Positions 21,836 to 32,396 of a stretch of 40,224 bases of DNA are shown here, piece by piece. The translations under genes were made by a program, and so were the position numbers. Position 1 is the first letter of the stretch. The number at the start of each line of letters is the position of its first letter. This DNA is from Octopus bimaculoides (Eukaryota). Where the stretch lies: NCBI RefSeq assembly GCF_001194135.2, contig NC_068994.1, positions 4,337,436-4,377,659 of the forward strand. The letters are read 5' to 3'. Under the pieces are notes generated by a model. That model saw nothing but the letters and a program-made list of their open reading frames with translations. It was not told where the DNA came from and did not search any database.

Positions 21836-22180
21836 GCTCTGTGGTAAGTAGCTTGCTTACCAACCACATGGTTCTGGGTTCAGTCCCACTGCATGGCACC
21901 TTGGGCAAGTGTCTTCTACTAAAGCCTCAGGCCGACCAAAGCCTTGTGAGTGGATTTGGCAGAGGGAAACAGAAAGAAGCCCTTGTGTGTGTTTGTCCCC
22001 CACCACTGCTTGACAACCAGTGTCGGTGTGTTTATGTCCCCGTAACTTAGTAGTTTGGCCAAAGAGGCCGATAGGCTTAAAAAAATAAGGCCTGAGACTA
22101 ATTTGTTCGACTAGAAGCAAAAATTCAAGGTGGTGTCCCAACATGGCTGTAGTCTAATGACTGAAACAAATGATAAAAGA
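21836..22180 (+). mobile_element. SINE family A, full length
   Basis: Head gtggtaagtagcttgcttaccaaccacatggttctgggttcagtcc, short (TG)n, tail ...gtaacttagtag...ccaacatggctgtagtctaatgactgaaacaaatgataaaaga. Confidence 0.92.
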
Positions 22181-22430
22181 TGTAAATGAGATTTTTACAT
22201 GTAATCCATGGGTTTGATGCATCTGCAAATTTAGATATTTACTATTAGGACCAAAACACAGACAAAAAGGTTGCTTAACAACTGAAATGGCTTTTGTTTT
22301 TCCCTTGGTTGGTTGAGGAAACTGGGATTATGTACCTTGGCTGTAAAGCTATTAGTAGTGAAAGTTGGTCCTACACCTCAGTAGCTGTCTCTCAACAAAC
22401 ACTATTTTCAGCTACTATGGTGAAGATGGT

Positions 22431-22473
22431 CTTTTGCTGAAGAGGTCAGAATAGTACTGAAACATATCTAGGG
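22431..22473 (+). ncRNA. Type I hammerhead-ribozyme-like motif H6 (same family as H4, decayed)
   Basis: cttttG-CTGAAGA-GGT-cagaatagt-ACT-GAAAC-at-ATC-taggg. Shares tttgCTGA(T/A)GAGGTCAGAATA..AC.GAAA with H4; stem I is mostly G.U pairs. Confidence 0.55.
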
Positions 22474-23548
22474 AGGATGATAAAGGCGTACATATGAAGA
22501 AATGAAATTATTAGTCATTGATTTGTAATGTTCTTCTCTCACCTCATATTTGGCTTCTTGAGGACCTACATAGAAAATAACATTAACTTTCCACTATTGA
22601 TTTCATTAACATATAAGCACAGGCAGCATGGCTTAAAACGGGGAGCATATTTTGGCCTGATACGGCCAGTTTAAATGCTAAAACGTTAAAATGATGATGA
22701 TGTGTGTGTTTGTGTACATGTCCAGTTTATCGCAGAGCTATCAGTTGTGTCTTTATTTACCATGGTCCCTCTTGGGTTCTCACATTAAGTTTTATATCCC
22801 GAGTAATGCACAGGAATAGACTTGTTTGTGTCGGTCGGTAGTAACAAAGCTAACGGGTGTGTGTGTGTGTGTGTGTGTGTGGAAGGAAGGGTCCCGGTTT
22901 ATTTTCGTTTTTACAGTCTGTCAGCTGTAAGTATGTCCACATTGCTTGCAACTATGATTCACTATAGCTGTTTGTATTGTTTATATACAGTGTATGTGTG
23001 TATTTATGCACATATATTTAAATGAGATTAATCACCTTTGATCACTTGCCAACCACCACTGTCATCCATGAAGACTATATATATGTATGTGTGTATATGT
23101 GTATATATATATGTAGTACACACATAGAGACACACACTTCTCTCTCTCTTCACGTGCCATGTCTACAGGCATCTTTGATCATGGACCTCCGTTGCCAAAG
23201 TCTGAAGTTTCATGATTTTATTTGGGAAACTTACGTCAGTGGTTTCCAGCTGTAAAATAGTTGTTTATGCTTTTGCTGCAGTCTCTCACCTCTAGAGGGA
23301 GCTGTTCTGGTGAGGAGACTATGGTGGTTTGGTCGTGCATTGCGGTGCCCCCATGATGAACTCATATGGTGGGCAATAGCACCAGATCCCCCACCTGCAA
23401 CCCCACCCTCCTGGTTGGCATAAGCAGGGAGAGGTGGTCAGTTGAAGATGTAGCTTACAACTCTCAAAGCAGATATGGAGCTTGGTTCCGGCCCTTAAGT
23501 CTTTTGGCATTCATTCCTGAAATCAGGAATGGCTTCAACACATTGTAG

Positions 23549-23625
23549 CAGGGCTGTGGAGTCAGAGTTGGAAACAGTTAAGGGGTAGCTGGAGTCGGAG
23601 TCAGCAAAACTATACCGACTCTCAT
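23549..23625 (+). mobile_element. Left end of a DNA-transposon-like element (hAT-type terminus)
   Basis: CAGGGCTGTGGAGTC(A/G)GAGT...ggagtcggagtc subterminal repeats; no right end was found. Confidence 0.45.
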
Positions 23626-23915
23626 TCCAACTCACAATATCTTTATTCTTTAATATAAATCAAAGTACAAGTGTATGCATATGCTTTATGAGATATGTAG
23701 GCACACAAAATCTTCAAGCGAGTTGCCTGAACGTCATATAATTATAACTCTCTCTTTCTCTCTCACACACGCACATGCACACAGAGACACAGGCCTGCCC
23801 TTCTACCCAGTCTGTTGTTATCTTTCACTAGTTAAAACGATGTGAAGCTCATTGTGACTAGTGGTGATTAACAGCATCCAATAAGTCTGGTTGAGACTGT
23901 AATACTATGATATAT

Positions 23916-24047
23916 ATCATCATCATCATCATCGTTTAACATCCGCCATCCATGCTGGCATGGGTTGGATGGTTTCACAAGATCCGGCCAGGCAGAAGCC
24001 TGCACCAGACTTCTGTGACTGCCCTTCCTAACACCAACCACTCAGCA
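23916..24047 (-). mobile_element. RTE 3'-tail copy
   Basis: (CAT)n-cgtttaacatccgccatccatgctggcatgggttggatgg...gcccttcctaacaccaaccactc. Confidence 0.8.
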
Positions 24048-24415
24048 GAGTATAAAAATTTAAATACACAACTGAAAGAGCTACTATTAGTTTCATGCCT
24101 TTATGGTACTTGAACAGGCATATTTATAAAATACGCCATGTATCTTAAAGCAATATACATGGATTTATGTATAAAAGCAGATATCATGCTCCCCCCCCCT
24201 CTCTCTGAGCTTACAAACACTATAAAAGTATATTAAGGTTATTGTTGTTGAACTGGTGGCATTATGATGAAAATCATACCAGCTGTGGCCATTTTTTTTT
24301 TTGTGTTTCTAAGCATTACTATATTATCCTGTGTCTCCCCCTTTTATATAAGTGGGTAAGGTTGGTTGACTCTCTTTCTGTAAGGTTGGGGGAGTTTGGC
24401 TGCTATTTCTCATGA

Positions 24416-24783
24416 GCACAGCTGTGGGGTTAACCAGTTCACTTAACAACCACATGGTTCTGAGTTCAGTTCCTTTGCGTGGCACCTTGGGGAAGTCTCT
24501 TCTTCTATAACCCTGGGCTGATCAAAGCTTTATCAGTGAATTTTAGTAGATGGAAACATTACACACACACGCATGTCTGTGTGTCTGTATTTGTCCTCTC
24601 CACCACTTGACAACTGGTGTTGGTTTGTTTCTGTCCCCATAACTTATAGGTTTGGCAGAAGAGACTGATAGAGTAAATTAGTAGCAGATGTAAGAAAATA
24701 AAGGCAGGGATTGATTTGTTTGACTAAAATCTCTCAGGCCGGTGCCCCAGCTGGCCACAGTCCAATGACTAAGATCAGAAAAA
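24416..24783 (+). mobile_element. SINE family A, full length, diverged
   Basis: aaccacatggttctgagttcagttcc...gtggcaccttgggg...ccataacttataggtttggcagaagagactgatag...ggtgccccagctggccacagtccaatgact. Confidence 0.85.
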
Positions 24784-25049
24784 GGTTAATTGATCCCCAA
24801 AACATACTTCATTGACTCTGTGTGTGTGTGTACCCAGACATATATATACATGTAGAGAGGGGGGGGTACAAAAACTATTTCACTCTCTTACCTCCTCCTC
24901 CTCCCTCTCTCTTGTCTCATGTATACAGTGTATGGTGTATTTATTGTATTTATCTAAGCTGTTACATATTATAACAACAGTCTGCATTTATATTCACTCA
25001 GTCAAGGCTAAACAGACTGCTTTTACAGTGCATAGGGTCAGGCGTGGCC

Positions 25050-25200
25050 GTGATGACTGTGTGGTTGCAAAGTTCACTTTGTGGCCATGTGGTTCTAGGC
25101 TCAATCCCCCACTGCATGGTACCTTACCCAAGTATTTTCTAACTATAAACTCGGCTTCACCAATGCCTTGTCAGTGGAACTTGGTTGAGATGCAACTGTA
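25050..25200 (+). mobile_element. SINE family A head half, strongly diverged
   Basis: gactgtgtggttgcaaag...ccatgtggttctaggctcaatcccactgcatggtaccttacccaagta. Confidence 0.6.
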
Positions 25201-25214
25201 TTGGATTCTATTGT

Positions 25215-25253
<39 letters not shown>

Positions 25254-25257
<4 letters not shown>

Positions 25258-25576
25258 TCATCATCATTATCGTTTAATGTCTGCTTTCCATGCTAGCATG
25301 TGTTGGACGGTTTGACTGAGGACTGGTGAACCAGATGGCTGCACCAGGCTCCAATCTGATCTGGCAGAGTTTTTACAGTTGGATGCCCTTCCTAACGCCA
25401 ACCACTCCGAGAGTGTAGTGGGTGCTTTTACGTGCCACCAGCACGAGGGCCAGTCACACGGTACTGGCAATGGCCACACTCAAAAAGGTGTTTTTTACGT
25501 ACCACCTGTATGGGAGCCAGTCCAGTGGCACTGGCAATGACCTCGCTCAAATGATTTTCTAACGTGCCACCACCAG
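25254..25576 (-). mobile_element. RTE 3'-UTR copy
   Basis: High identity by eye to 34978-35300; (CAT)n tail abuts a (TA)n array. Confidence 0.9.
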
Positions 25577-25869
25577 TGTATATCAGCCAGAAAGCTAAAA
25601 ACTGAGTGCTTTGAGAGTGAAACCTAAGATATTTGTTCTGCATTGGGTTACTGATACTCCCTTGTCATTCAAGTCATCAGAAAAGCAACCCCCTTTATCC
25701 TTGTATTTTGATCTTCATTATAAAATGGGCTTTTAGGAATAACTGTCCCTATCCACCCTGCAAGGTCTTGTGCATGCTTTTATCCTGTTTGCAGAACCAA
25801 ATGAGGTGGACACCTCTGCTTTATGTGGAGATAATTAAAGAATTTGATTCCAACATCTCTTGAAGTATA

Positions 25870-25900
<31 letters not shown>

Positions 25901-26165
25901 TGCATTAAATGAACAACAGTCAATATACATGGTTGATGAAGAGAATAACACTGTTGTACAATATTGAAAGATTTCTGAAGCTGACATTAAAGAAAAATGT
26001 CACTCAGTTTGTGTGGAGAAGCAGGAATAATAGCAGAGAAGTAAGTGGCTGATTCAGATATTGATCCTAGTAGCGCTTGTTGTATGGCTCGGTTGGAGCT
26101 AAATATTTCTACACCAGTGTCTATTTTTAGGTGAGTTTTACTTCTCTGCAGTCATTGACCTGTAG

Positions 26166-26291
26166 AACTTCACGGTGAACATCAGGCATGTGAATCTCTC
26201 CAGCCTGAGAGGAAAGACGGATCTACTGCAAAAGGTCAGGAGATGTGTCACACCGCTATAAAAGAAGCAAACACGGCTGGAGAAATTTCAG
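26166..26291 (+). CDS. Candidate 126-nt phase 1-1 exon (ELHGEHQACESLQPERKDGSTAKGQEMCHTAIKEANTAGEIS), unverified
   Basis: cctgtag|...|GTAATT, open frame, length divisible by 3. May instead be the antisense of a decayed TE. Confidence 0.15.
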
Positions 26292-27084
26292 GTAATTCCT
26301 GCCAAATATTTGAAAGTGTGGCCAAGTTTCCAATCCATTGTTGTGGTGGGGGATGGCCATAAAGACCAGACACATTAGGAATGACTCTGTGAGGGATTCT
26401 TTGCTGAGTTGTTTGACTTGCTGGAAATAGCAGCCAAATTGCATCCATCCTAATAAAGAATGGACATTCTAAGATAATTGAAGTCTAAGGTAAATTGTGC
26501 TTTAGCGAAAGATGAAGTGGTTATGGCTGAAATGGTTTTGAATGTGTGTTTCATCAGGGTTGACATATTTTGTCAGTTTCATTATATAAGATTGTTTGAC
26601 ATGATAAGGCAATTAACCATACACTGAGGCATAGCAGGACAGTGAACCGTGGACTCTGAGGTCCCTATCAGGTATGACAGGGCAGTGAACCATGCAGTTT
26701 TCACTTCCTCCAGAACTGGTGAGATAGGCATAGTAGATGTTGATGTTTCTGTTGCTGAGAATGGGGTTCTGGAGAGGAAGGATTGGGGAAGGGTTTAGTA
26801 CAGGATTTGGAAGGTGAGACTCGGTAAAAGTGTTGAGAGGAGGAGAAACAAGAGTTTACTTAAGTTTAGTGTAGAGGTGGACATTATAGTAGCCACTATT
26901 TGTGTGTGTGTGTGTGTGTGTGATATTTAAAAATTAAAGAAATATGCTTTGATAAATTCACAAGATTCAGAAAAGTATTAATTATATAAAGAAAACATCT
27001 TTAAAAAATAGTAAATACATACAGATCTGATAGAATAAATTTGTAAGGCAAAATTTTCTATGCTGTAATCTGTATAGTAGTAAT

Positions 27085-28340
27085 TACATTTGGTAGTGGT
27101 CATCACAATTTCTGGCTTAGTTTCGTATGACATGGCATATTTCTTTTTGTCTGGAATGGATGGCAAGACCTAAAGTCTGAGTATTGTGTGTGTCCATGTT
27201 CTTGCAGTTAATTATCAAAATATTCAGAAATAATAAGTTCCTTTTCCATTCCATTCCGAATTGGATTGATAAATTCATAGAATCTTGTAAGGTCTTCCTT
27301 ATTTCTGTTTCAAAATACTTTTCCAAGAATCTTTTCCAGTTTCCTTGTAAATAGGATTAGAAATGCTGATCAAAACTATTATTTTTCTTCTATGATTCCC
27401 GTCATTAGAGCTGTAAATGTTGGTGCAACTCCTGTGGCCATTGCTGTTCCTTTTATTTAAAGGTAGTATTGATTATCAAAAAAGTAGTTGTATCTTAGCA
27501 CCAATCATAATCCTTCTTGTATGTATTGTTTTGAGAATTTCTCCTGCTTACAAGGGGCATTTGTGTAGGGGCTGGTCACATTAACACTAATCAGGATCAT
27601 CACTATCTTTCTGGAATGTGATTTAAAAATCCATGTCCTCTCTGATGAAACTAAAAGTCAATTTGCATGATGGTTTCAATCTGATACCCATGTTGTTTGT
27701 CCTTTAACAATTGAGTGGAATTTGAAATTAGTTTCGGGAATTTTTACATGTGGTATATGAAGATCTAAGCTGTTATGAATTTCCAGTAATCCCTAAAAAT
27801 TGCTTGTTTTTTTTCTTCTTCAGAATTAGGTAACACAACTCATTTTCAACCAAATTGCTTTCAGTTTTGTCCAATAATTTTCTAGTTTTGTTCATTGTTT
27901 GTTTTCCAATATGTTTTTAAAAAATTTTTCTTTGTAGAAATACTGGTCATTTAATTGTTCTCAGACCGTTTCCTTTTAATGGGTCTCATCCATTATTACA
28001 ACTTCTTTAAGGACTTTAAAAGAATCTTTCCATAGACATTCCATTGCTATTTTCCTCTTTGTCATATTTGATTTTATGCCATTTTTCTGGAATGCTCCTC
28101 TTTTCAAACCTATTACATACTCCTCTAAGTGTTTATTCCTGTTCGTCAGAGATTTAAATCTGATTTTGTTTTTCTACAAGTGATGGATCTTCATAACCTT
28201 TCTTTACAAAGAATTCCTATAACTGAAGTTTTCAACAAAATTCTTCAGTATCTTTAATAAGATCTGTTGTATCAGGTTTTGGAGTAACTCAAAAATTTTT
28301 ATTTCATGTCTCATAAGATTTTATTGTGATAAATTTCTTA
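27085..28340 (-). mobile_element. Penelope-like element, decayed reverse-transcriptase ORF
   Basis: Minus-strand peptides in the expected order: TPKPDTTDLIKDTEEF, VNVTSPYTNAP (cf. DVTSLYTNIP), IKGTAMATGVAPTF (cf. GTAMG..AP), LLFLNILI (cf. LPFLDILI), YSDFRSCHPFQTKRNMP (cf. YL.F.SCHP.H.K..IP). Many stops and frameshifts; no GIY-YIG domain seen. Confidence 0.85.
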
Positions 28341-28515
28341 CTCTTGGATCAGTTTAATGTTTTCTTCACTTCCTATCATTAATGTTTCCCTTCATTTTTG
28401 AATGGAACCCTTGCTCCCCAATTTTTTGTTTATTTATTTATTTTTTTTGTTTTTTATGAGTCATTTCTACCCTGGCTTTCTATTTTACTTTTTTTGGAAC
28501 GACGGTTTCCAGTTA

Positions 28516-28831
28516 TTTTTTCTGTTTTGCTTGTTTCAGTCATTAGACTGTGGCCATACTGGAGCACCAAGCGGTAGAATTTTTAGTCGTATGGATCAAC
28601 CCCAGGACTTATTCTTTTGTCTTTTAAGCCTGGTACTTGTTCTGTTGATCGTCTTTCACAAAGTTACAGGGATGTAAACTCACCAACACTGGTTGTCAAG
28701 CGGTGGTGATTGTGGGGTGAGGGGACAAACACAGACACAAAGATACACACACATACGACAGGCTTCTTTCGTATATATATATAGATATATATATGTATAT
28801 ATATATGTATATGTATATATATATAATATAT

Positions 28832-28875
<44 letters not shown>

Positions 28876-28925
28876 TTGTGTGTCTGTTTGTCCCCCACCA
28901 TCGCTTGACAACCGATGCTGGTGTG
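28516..28925. mobile_element. Two SINE family A tail halves in inverted orientation around a (TA)n/(CA)n array
   Basis: Minus copy 28516-28770; plus copy 28875-28925 (tttgtcccccaccatcgcttgacaaccgatgctgg). Confidence 0.85.
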
Positions 28926-29465
28926 TTTAAATCGCTGAAGCTCCATTGGTTGGCACCATTAAGATAAGTCGGCTTTTAAGACCTAAACCCTTTATGTGAA
29001 CACACACACACACACACACACATACAGGTAAACTAATTTATCAAACTTCATAGTGATTTACAAGTGTTTGTCTGCAGGTAATATTTATGTATACCTCATG
29101 TATTTATATAGTGTTGTATTACGTGATGAAGTGGCACTAATGGACTTACTGCTTCCTCCCCCTGGTTATATCCTTGATGAAGTGTATACAATTGTAATAC
29201 ACACACGCACACGTATGTATACACAGATGCCCAACTGCTCACTGACAGTCTGAACAGAAAGAAAGAATGCCTTGTGTTACAAAGGACAATATTAACATGG
29301 CTCTAGGAATTAATACTGAGACAACCATTTATGAATTATTTCTGCTTCTAAAGCAAATTCTTCTTTACCACATACACACACACAGAGTGAGAGGGAGAGA
29401 GGGGCAGACAGAAAGAGAAAAGAATTCTTCACCTCCTAGACAGTAGTGGTCTGCTATTTACTTAC

Positions 29466-29510
29466 CATCTCCTTCTGCTGCTACTGCCAGGCCTTCTGCT
29501 CTGCTGAACT
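29466..29510 (-). other. Candidate short first exon ending in ATG
   Basis: Minus strand TCAGTT (Inr-like, 29512-29507) ...gcagcagaaggagATG|GTAAGT in non-repetitive sequence. Confidence 0.25.
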
Positions 29511-29937
29511 GACCAACCAACTCCGTGCAACCGACAACCATTACATTATTAATTATAGATTAGAAATAATTATCATTATAATTATTTAATTATTACCCGT
29601 CTCTTTGTTTGTACAATTCATTTCTTTCTTTGGTTGCAATAAAGAGGCTTTTGTTTCTAACTTTTCTCTTTATGATTTTGAATTTCAAATGCTCCTACTG
29701 GGAGTTTTTGTGTCCACATGACTTGGATAACCTTTGTTGATCAGAAGTTCTCCACTTCACTGCAGGACTGTACTGACATTGAATTATTCCTCACCTGGAA
29801 TAGTTTCCTTTGAACTATTTATAAGCCTTTATAGCTATTTATAGGCCTACCTGGACTATGAGATGGCCAAGAGTTAAAGGTAGTTAACGATGAGTTTGAA
29901 TTGGTTTAATGAACAGGAGGATATTGACAGGTTGTGA

Positions 29938-30240
29938 ATGGTACTCACTAGTGATGGTGACGTTATGCCTCCATTCATCTTCCCACATGGCCTCAGACTC
30001 AACACAGAGGCCTACATCAAATGCCTGGAGGAGGTAGTGCTGCCCCGGGTCAAGAGGGTGGCTGCTGGAAGACCTTATGTCTGGAAACAGGACTCTGCAC
30101 CCTGCCACACAAGCAGGAGAACCCAGCCATGGCTGTCAGACAATTTCTGTGACCACATCACCCCTAACATCTGGCCGCCTAACTCCCCAGACTGCAACCC
30201 CCTTGATTATTATGTGTGGGGTGCAGTTGAGTGAGAGACC
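29938..30240 (+). mobile_element. Tc1/mariner transposase fragment, DD37D (maT-type)
   Basis: YVWKQDSAPCH...WPPNSPDCNPLDYYVW; 37 residues between the QD and NPLD aspartates; TGA after VE, then an assembly gap; first D and TIRs not visible. Confidence 0.88.
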
Positions 30241-30593
30241 NNNNNNNNNNNNNNNNNNNNNNNNNNNNNNNNNNNNNNNNNNNNNNNNNNNNNNNNNNNN
30301 NNNNNNNNNNNNNNNNNNNNNNNNNNNNNNNNNNNNNNNNNNNNNNNNNNNNNNNNNNNNNNNNNNNNNNNNNNNNNNNNNNNNNNNNNNNNNNNNNNNN
30401 NNNNNNNNNNNNNNNNNNNNNNNNNNNNNNNNNNNNNNNNNNNNNNNNNNNNNNNNNNNNNNNNNNNNNNNNNNNNNNNNNNNNNNNNNNNNNNNNNNNN
30501 NNNNNNNNNNNNNNNNNNNNNNNNNNNNNNNNNNNNNNNNNNNNNNNNNNNNNNNNNNNNNNNNNNNNNNNNNNNNNNNNTATATAATAACAG

Positions 30594-30850
30594 TTACTAT
30601 AATAATTAGCTAACATAGCTAATTATTATAGTAATTGATGGTTTAATGCTAATATAGCTAATTAGTGATTTAACTATTAGCTAGTGTAGCTAATTAGCGT
30701 TGTTATATGATTACTTAACTATCATTGTGTTTAACTGACGGCTTACTATCAGTCAATTAATAGTATTGCTAATGATGACTAATGTTGTTAATTAATTAAT
30801 CATTTGCCTAACATTGCTAATTAGTATTGCTAATTGATTATTTGACTCTC
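30594..30850. repeat. AT-rich degenerate (GCTAAT/TAGCTA) repeat with a perfect 19-bp hairpin
   Basis: ttactataataattagcta-aca-tagctaattattatagtaa at 30594-30634; recurring gctaat(ta) motifs to about 30840. Confidence 0.75.
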
Positions 30851-31029
30851 AGCTCTTATAACTTATTCTTTCAAAAATCACAGGTTAAATAAAGACTCAG
30901 TGCTCAACCTTTACAAAACAGATGAGTTAAATCTCCTCCTGGATAGAAAGCTGGGCTATTGGGTGACTCACTTCATTTAGGTGTTGTCTTTTTCTCTTTT
31001 GGGCAGTGATCACAACATTGTATGTATGG

Positions 31030-31113
31030 GTGGGGTTTGAACTCAGAACGTGAAGACAGATGAAATACCGCTAAGCATTTTGCCCAGCATGCCACTGATT
31101 CTGTCAGTTCACC
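31030..31113 (-). mobile_element. SINE family B head fragment
   Basis: tttgaactcagaacgtgaagacagatgaaataccgctaagcattttgcccagc...attctgtcagttcaccac. Confidence 0.7.
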
Positions 31114-31715
31114 ACTTTATTATTATTATTATTATTAATAATAATAATAATAATGCTTTCTACATTAAATATTAAATCTACCAACAGCTGCTCACTACAC
31201 ACCCCTCAAGCGCTTCAGATATTTGTTTCAATCCATTAAAGGAAAAAAAAGAAATGAAATCCCAAAACTGAGCAACTGTATTGTGAAGCTCATGGGCCCA
31301 GCGTCTTCCTCCAGATCAAATCATTAAAAACAAAAAAACAGCTAAAAATTTATGAAGTCTTGCAATTAAATTGGGTCCATGGGAGTCCCCTTTTCAGCAG
31401 ATTGTGTTGGGATTGAACTGAGCTCTTTTACTATTGTTATTTAATAATTCACCAAGGCTGTGTCATACTTTTCTCTCTTTTTCTCTCTCTCTCTCTCTCT
31501 CTCCCTCTCTCCCAAACGGCTGATGATTGCAGTGTTAGGTTACTTCTTCAAATGTAAACAAGTTTGTCTGTGAGGTGGTGGTGGGGACGAGGTGAAGGGA
31601 CTTTGATCTGATTATTTATTAATATTGAAAACTGGTTGGTTTGATCTCCATGGCTAGATGCTTTACAGCCTTCCAACCCCCCTGGGACTGAAATTAACGA
31701 CGAGGCTAAATACAT

Positions 31716-31750
<35 letters not shown>

Positions 31751-31960
31751 ATTAATGTCCACTTTTGCATCCTCACATGGGTTGGGTGGAGTTTGTCGAG
31801 GCAGATTTCCTATGGTCAGATGCCCTTCCTCTCAATGACCCACCCCTCTTTCCAAACACAATAATATTTTCCTGTGGCCAGACATGTTTCCACGGAAGAT
31901 TGGAAATGGACACTGCTTGTATGACAACTATCATACGAGAAGACACTTACACGTGCGCAC
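31716..31960 (-). mobile_element. RTE-type 3'-tail copy, variant subfamily
   Basis: (CAT)n then attaatgtccacttt...ggcagatttcctatgg...gatgcccttcc. Confidence 0.7.
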
Positions 31961-31970
31961 ACACACACAG

Positions 31971-32130
31971 AAGCTTCCTTCGGTTTCCATATACCAGATC
32001 CACTCACAAAACATTGATTGGCCAGAGCTTACAGTAGAAGACCCTTGTCGGAGGACAACACATTTGCTGTGGGATTGAACCTTGAATCACATAGTTACAA
32101 AGGAAAGTGCTTAACCACCCAGCCATGCCA
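31971..32130 (-). mobile_element. SINE family A head half
   Basis: tcggtttccatataccagatccactcacaaaac...gtgggattgaacc...cttaaccacccagccatgcc. Confidence 0.75.
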
Positions 32131-32330
32131 GCAATAGATTACAGGAGCTGTTGGAGGGTCAGTGAACTGAGGTTTTATTAATTTCGAGGTCATGAGTTCA
32201 AACCCTGCTGTTGTGTCAGTGTGTTTGTGCAGTCAAGCGAGACCCTATTATTCTCATAGCTTTTCTCTATGTCTGGCTGGAAATAGAAGCACTCCTCTTT
32301 CACAGTTGTTGAGTCATTCATTGGTGGTGG

Positions 32331-32366
<36 letters not shown>

Positions 32367-32396
32367 AAATATATATATATATATACACACACACAT

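Noticed and set aside
23130-23540. Possible LINE endonuclease relic or small exon
   Set aside because: Stops in all frames and no diagnostic motif (QET, GDFN, SDH).
25645-25685. Minus-strand CTGATGA-CTTG-aatga-CAAG (hammerhead-like)
   Set aside because: Followed by GGAG rather than GAAA, and stem I does not pair.
26040-26150. Minus-strand HLKIDTG peptide resembling an alanine racemase or retroviral protease motif
   Set aside because: Seven-residue match in a 53-codon frame with no supporting context.
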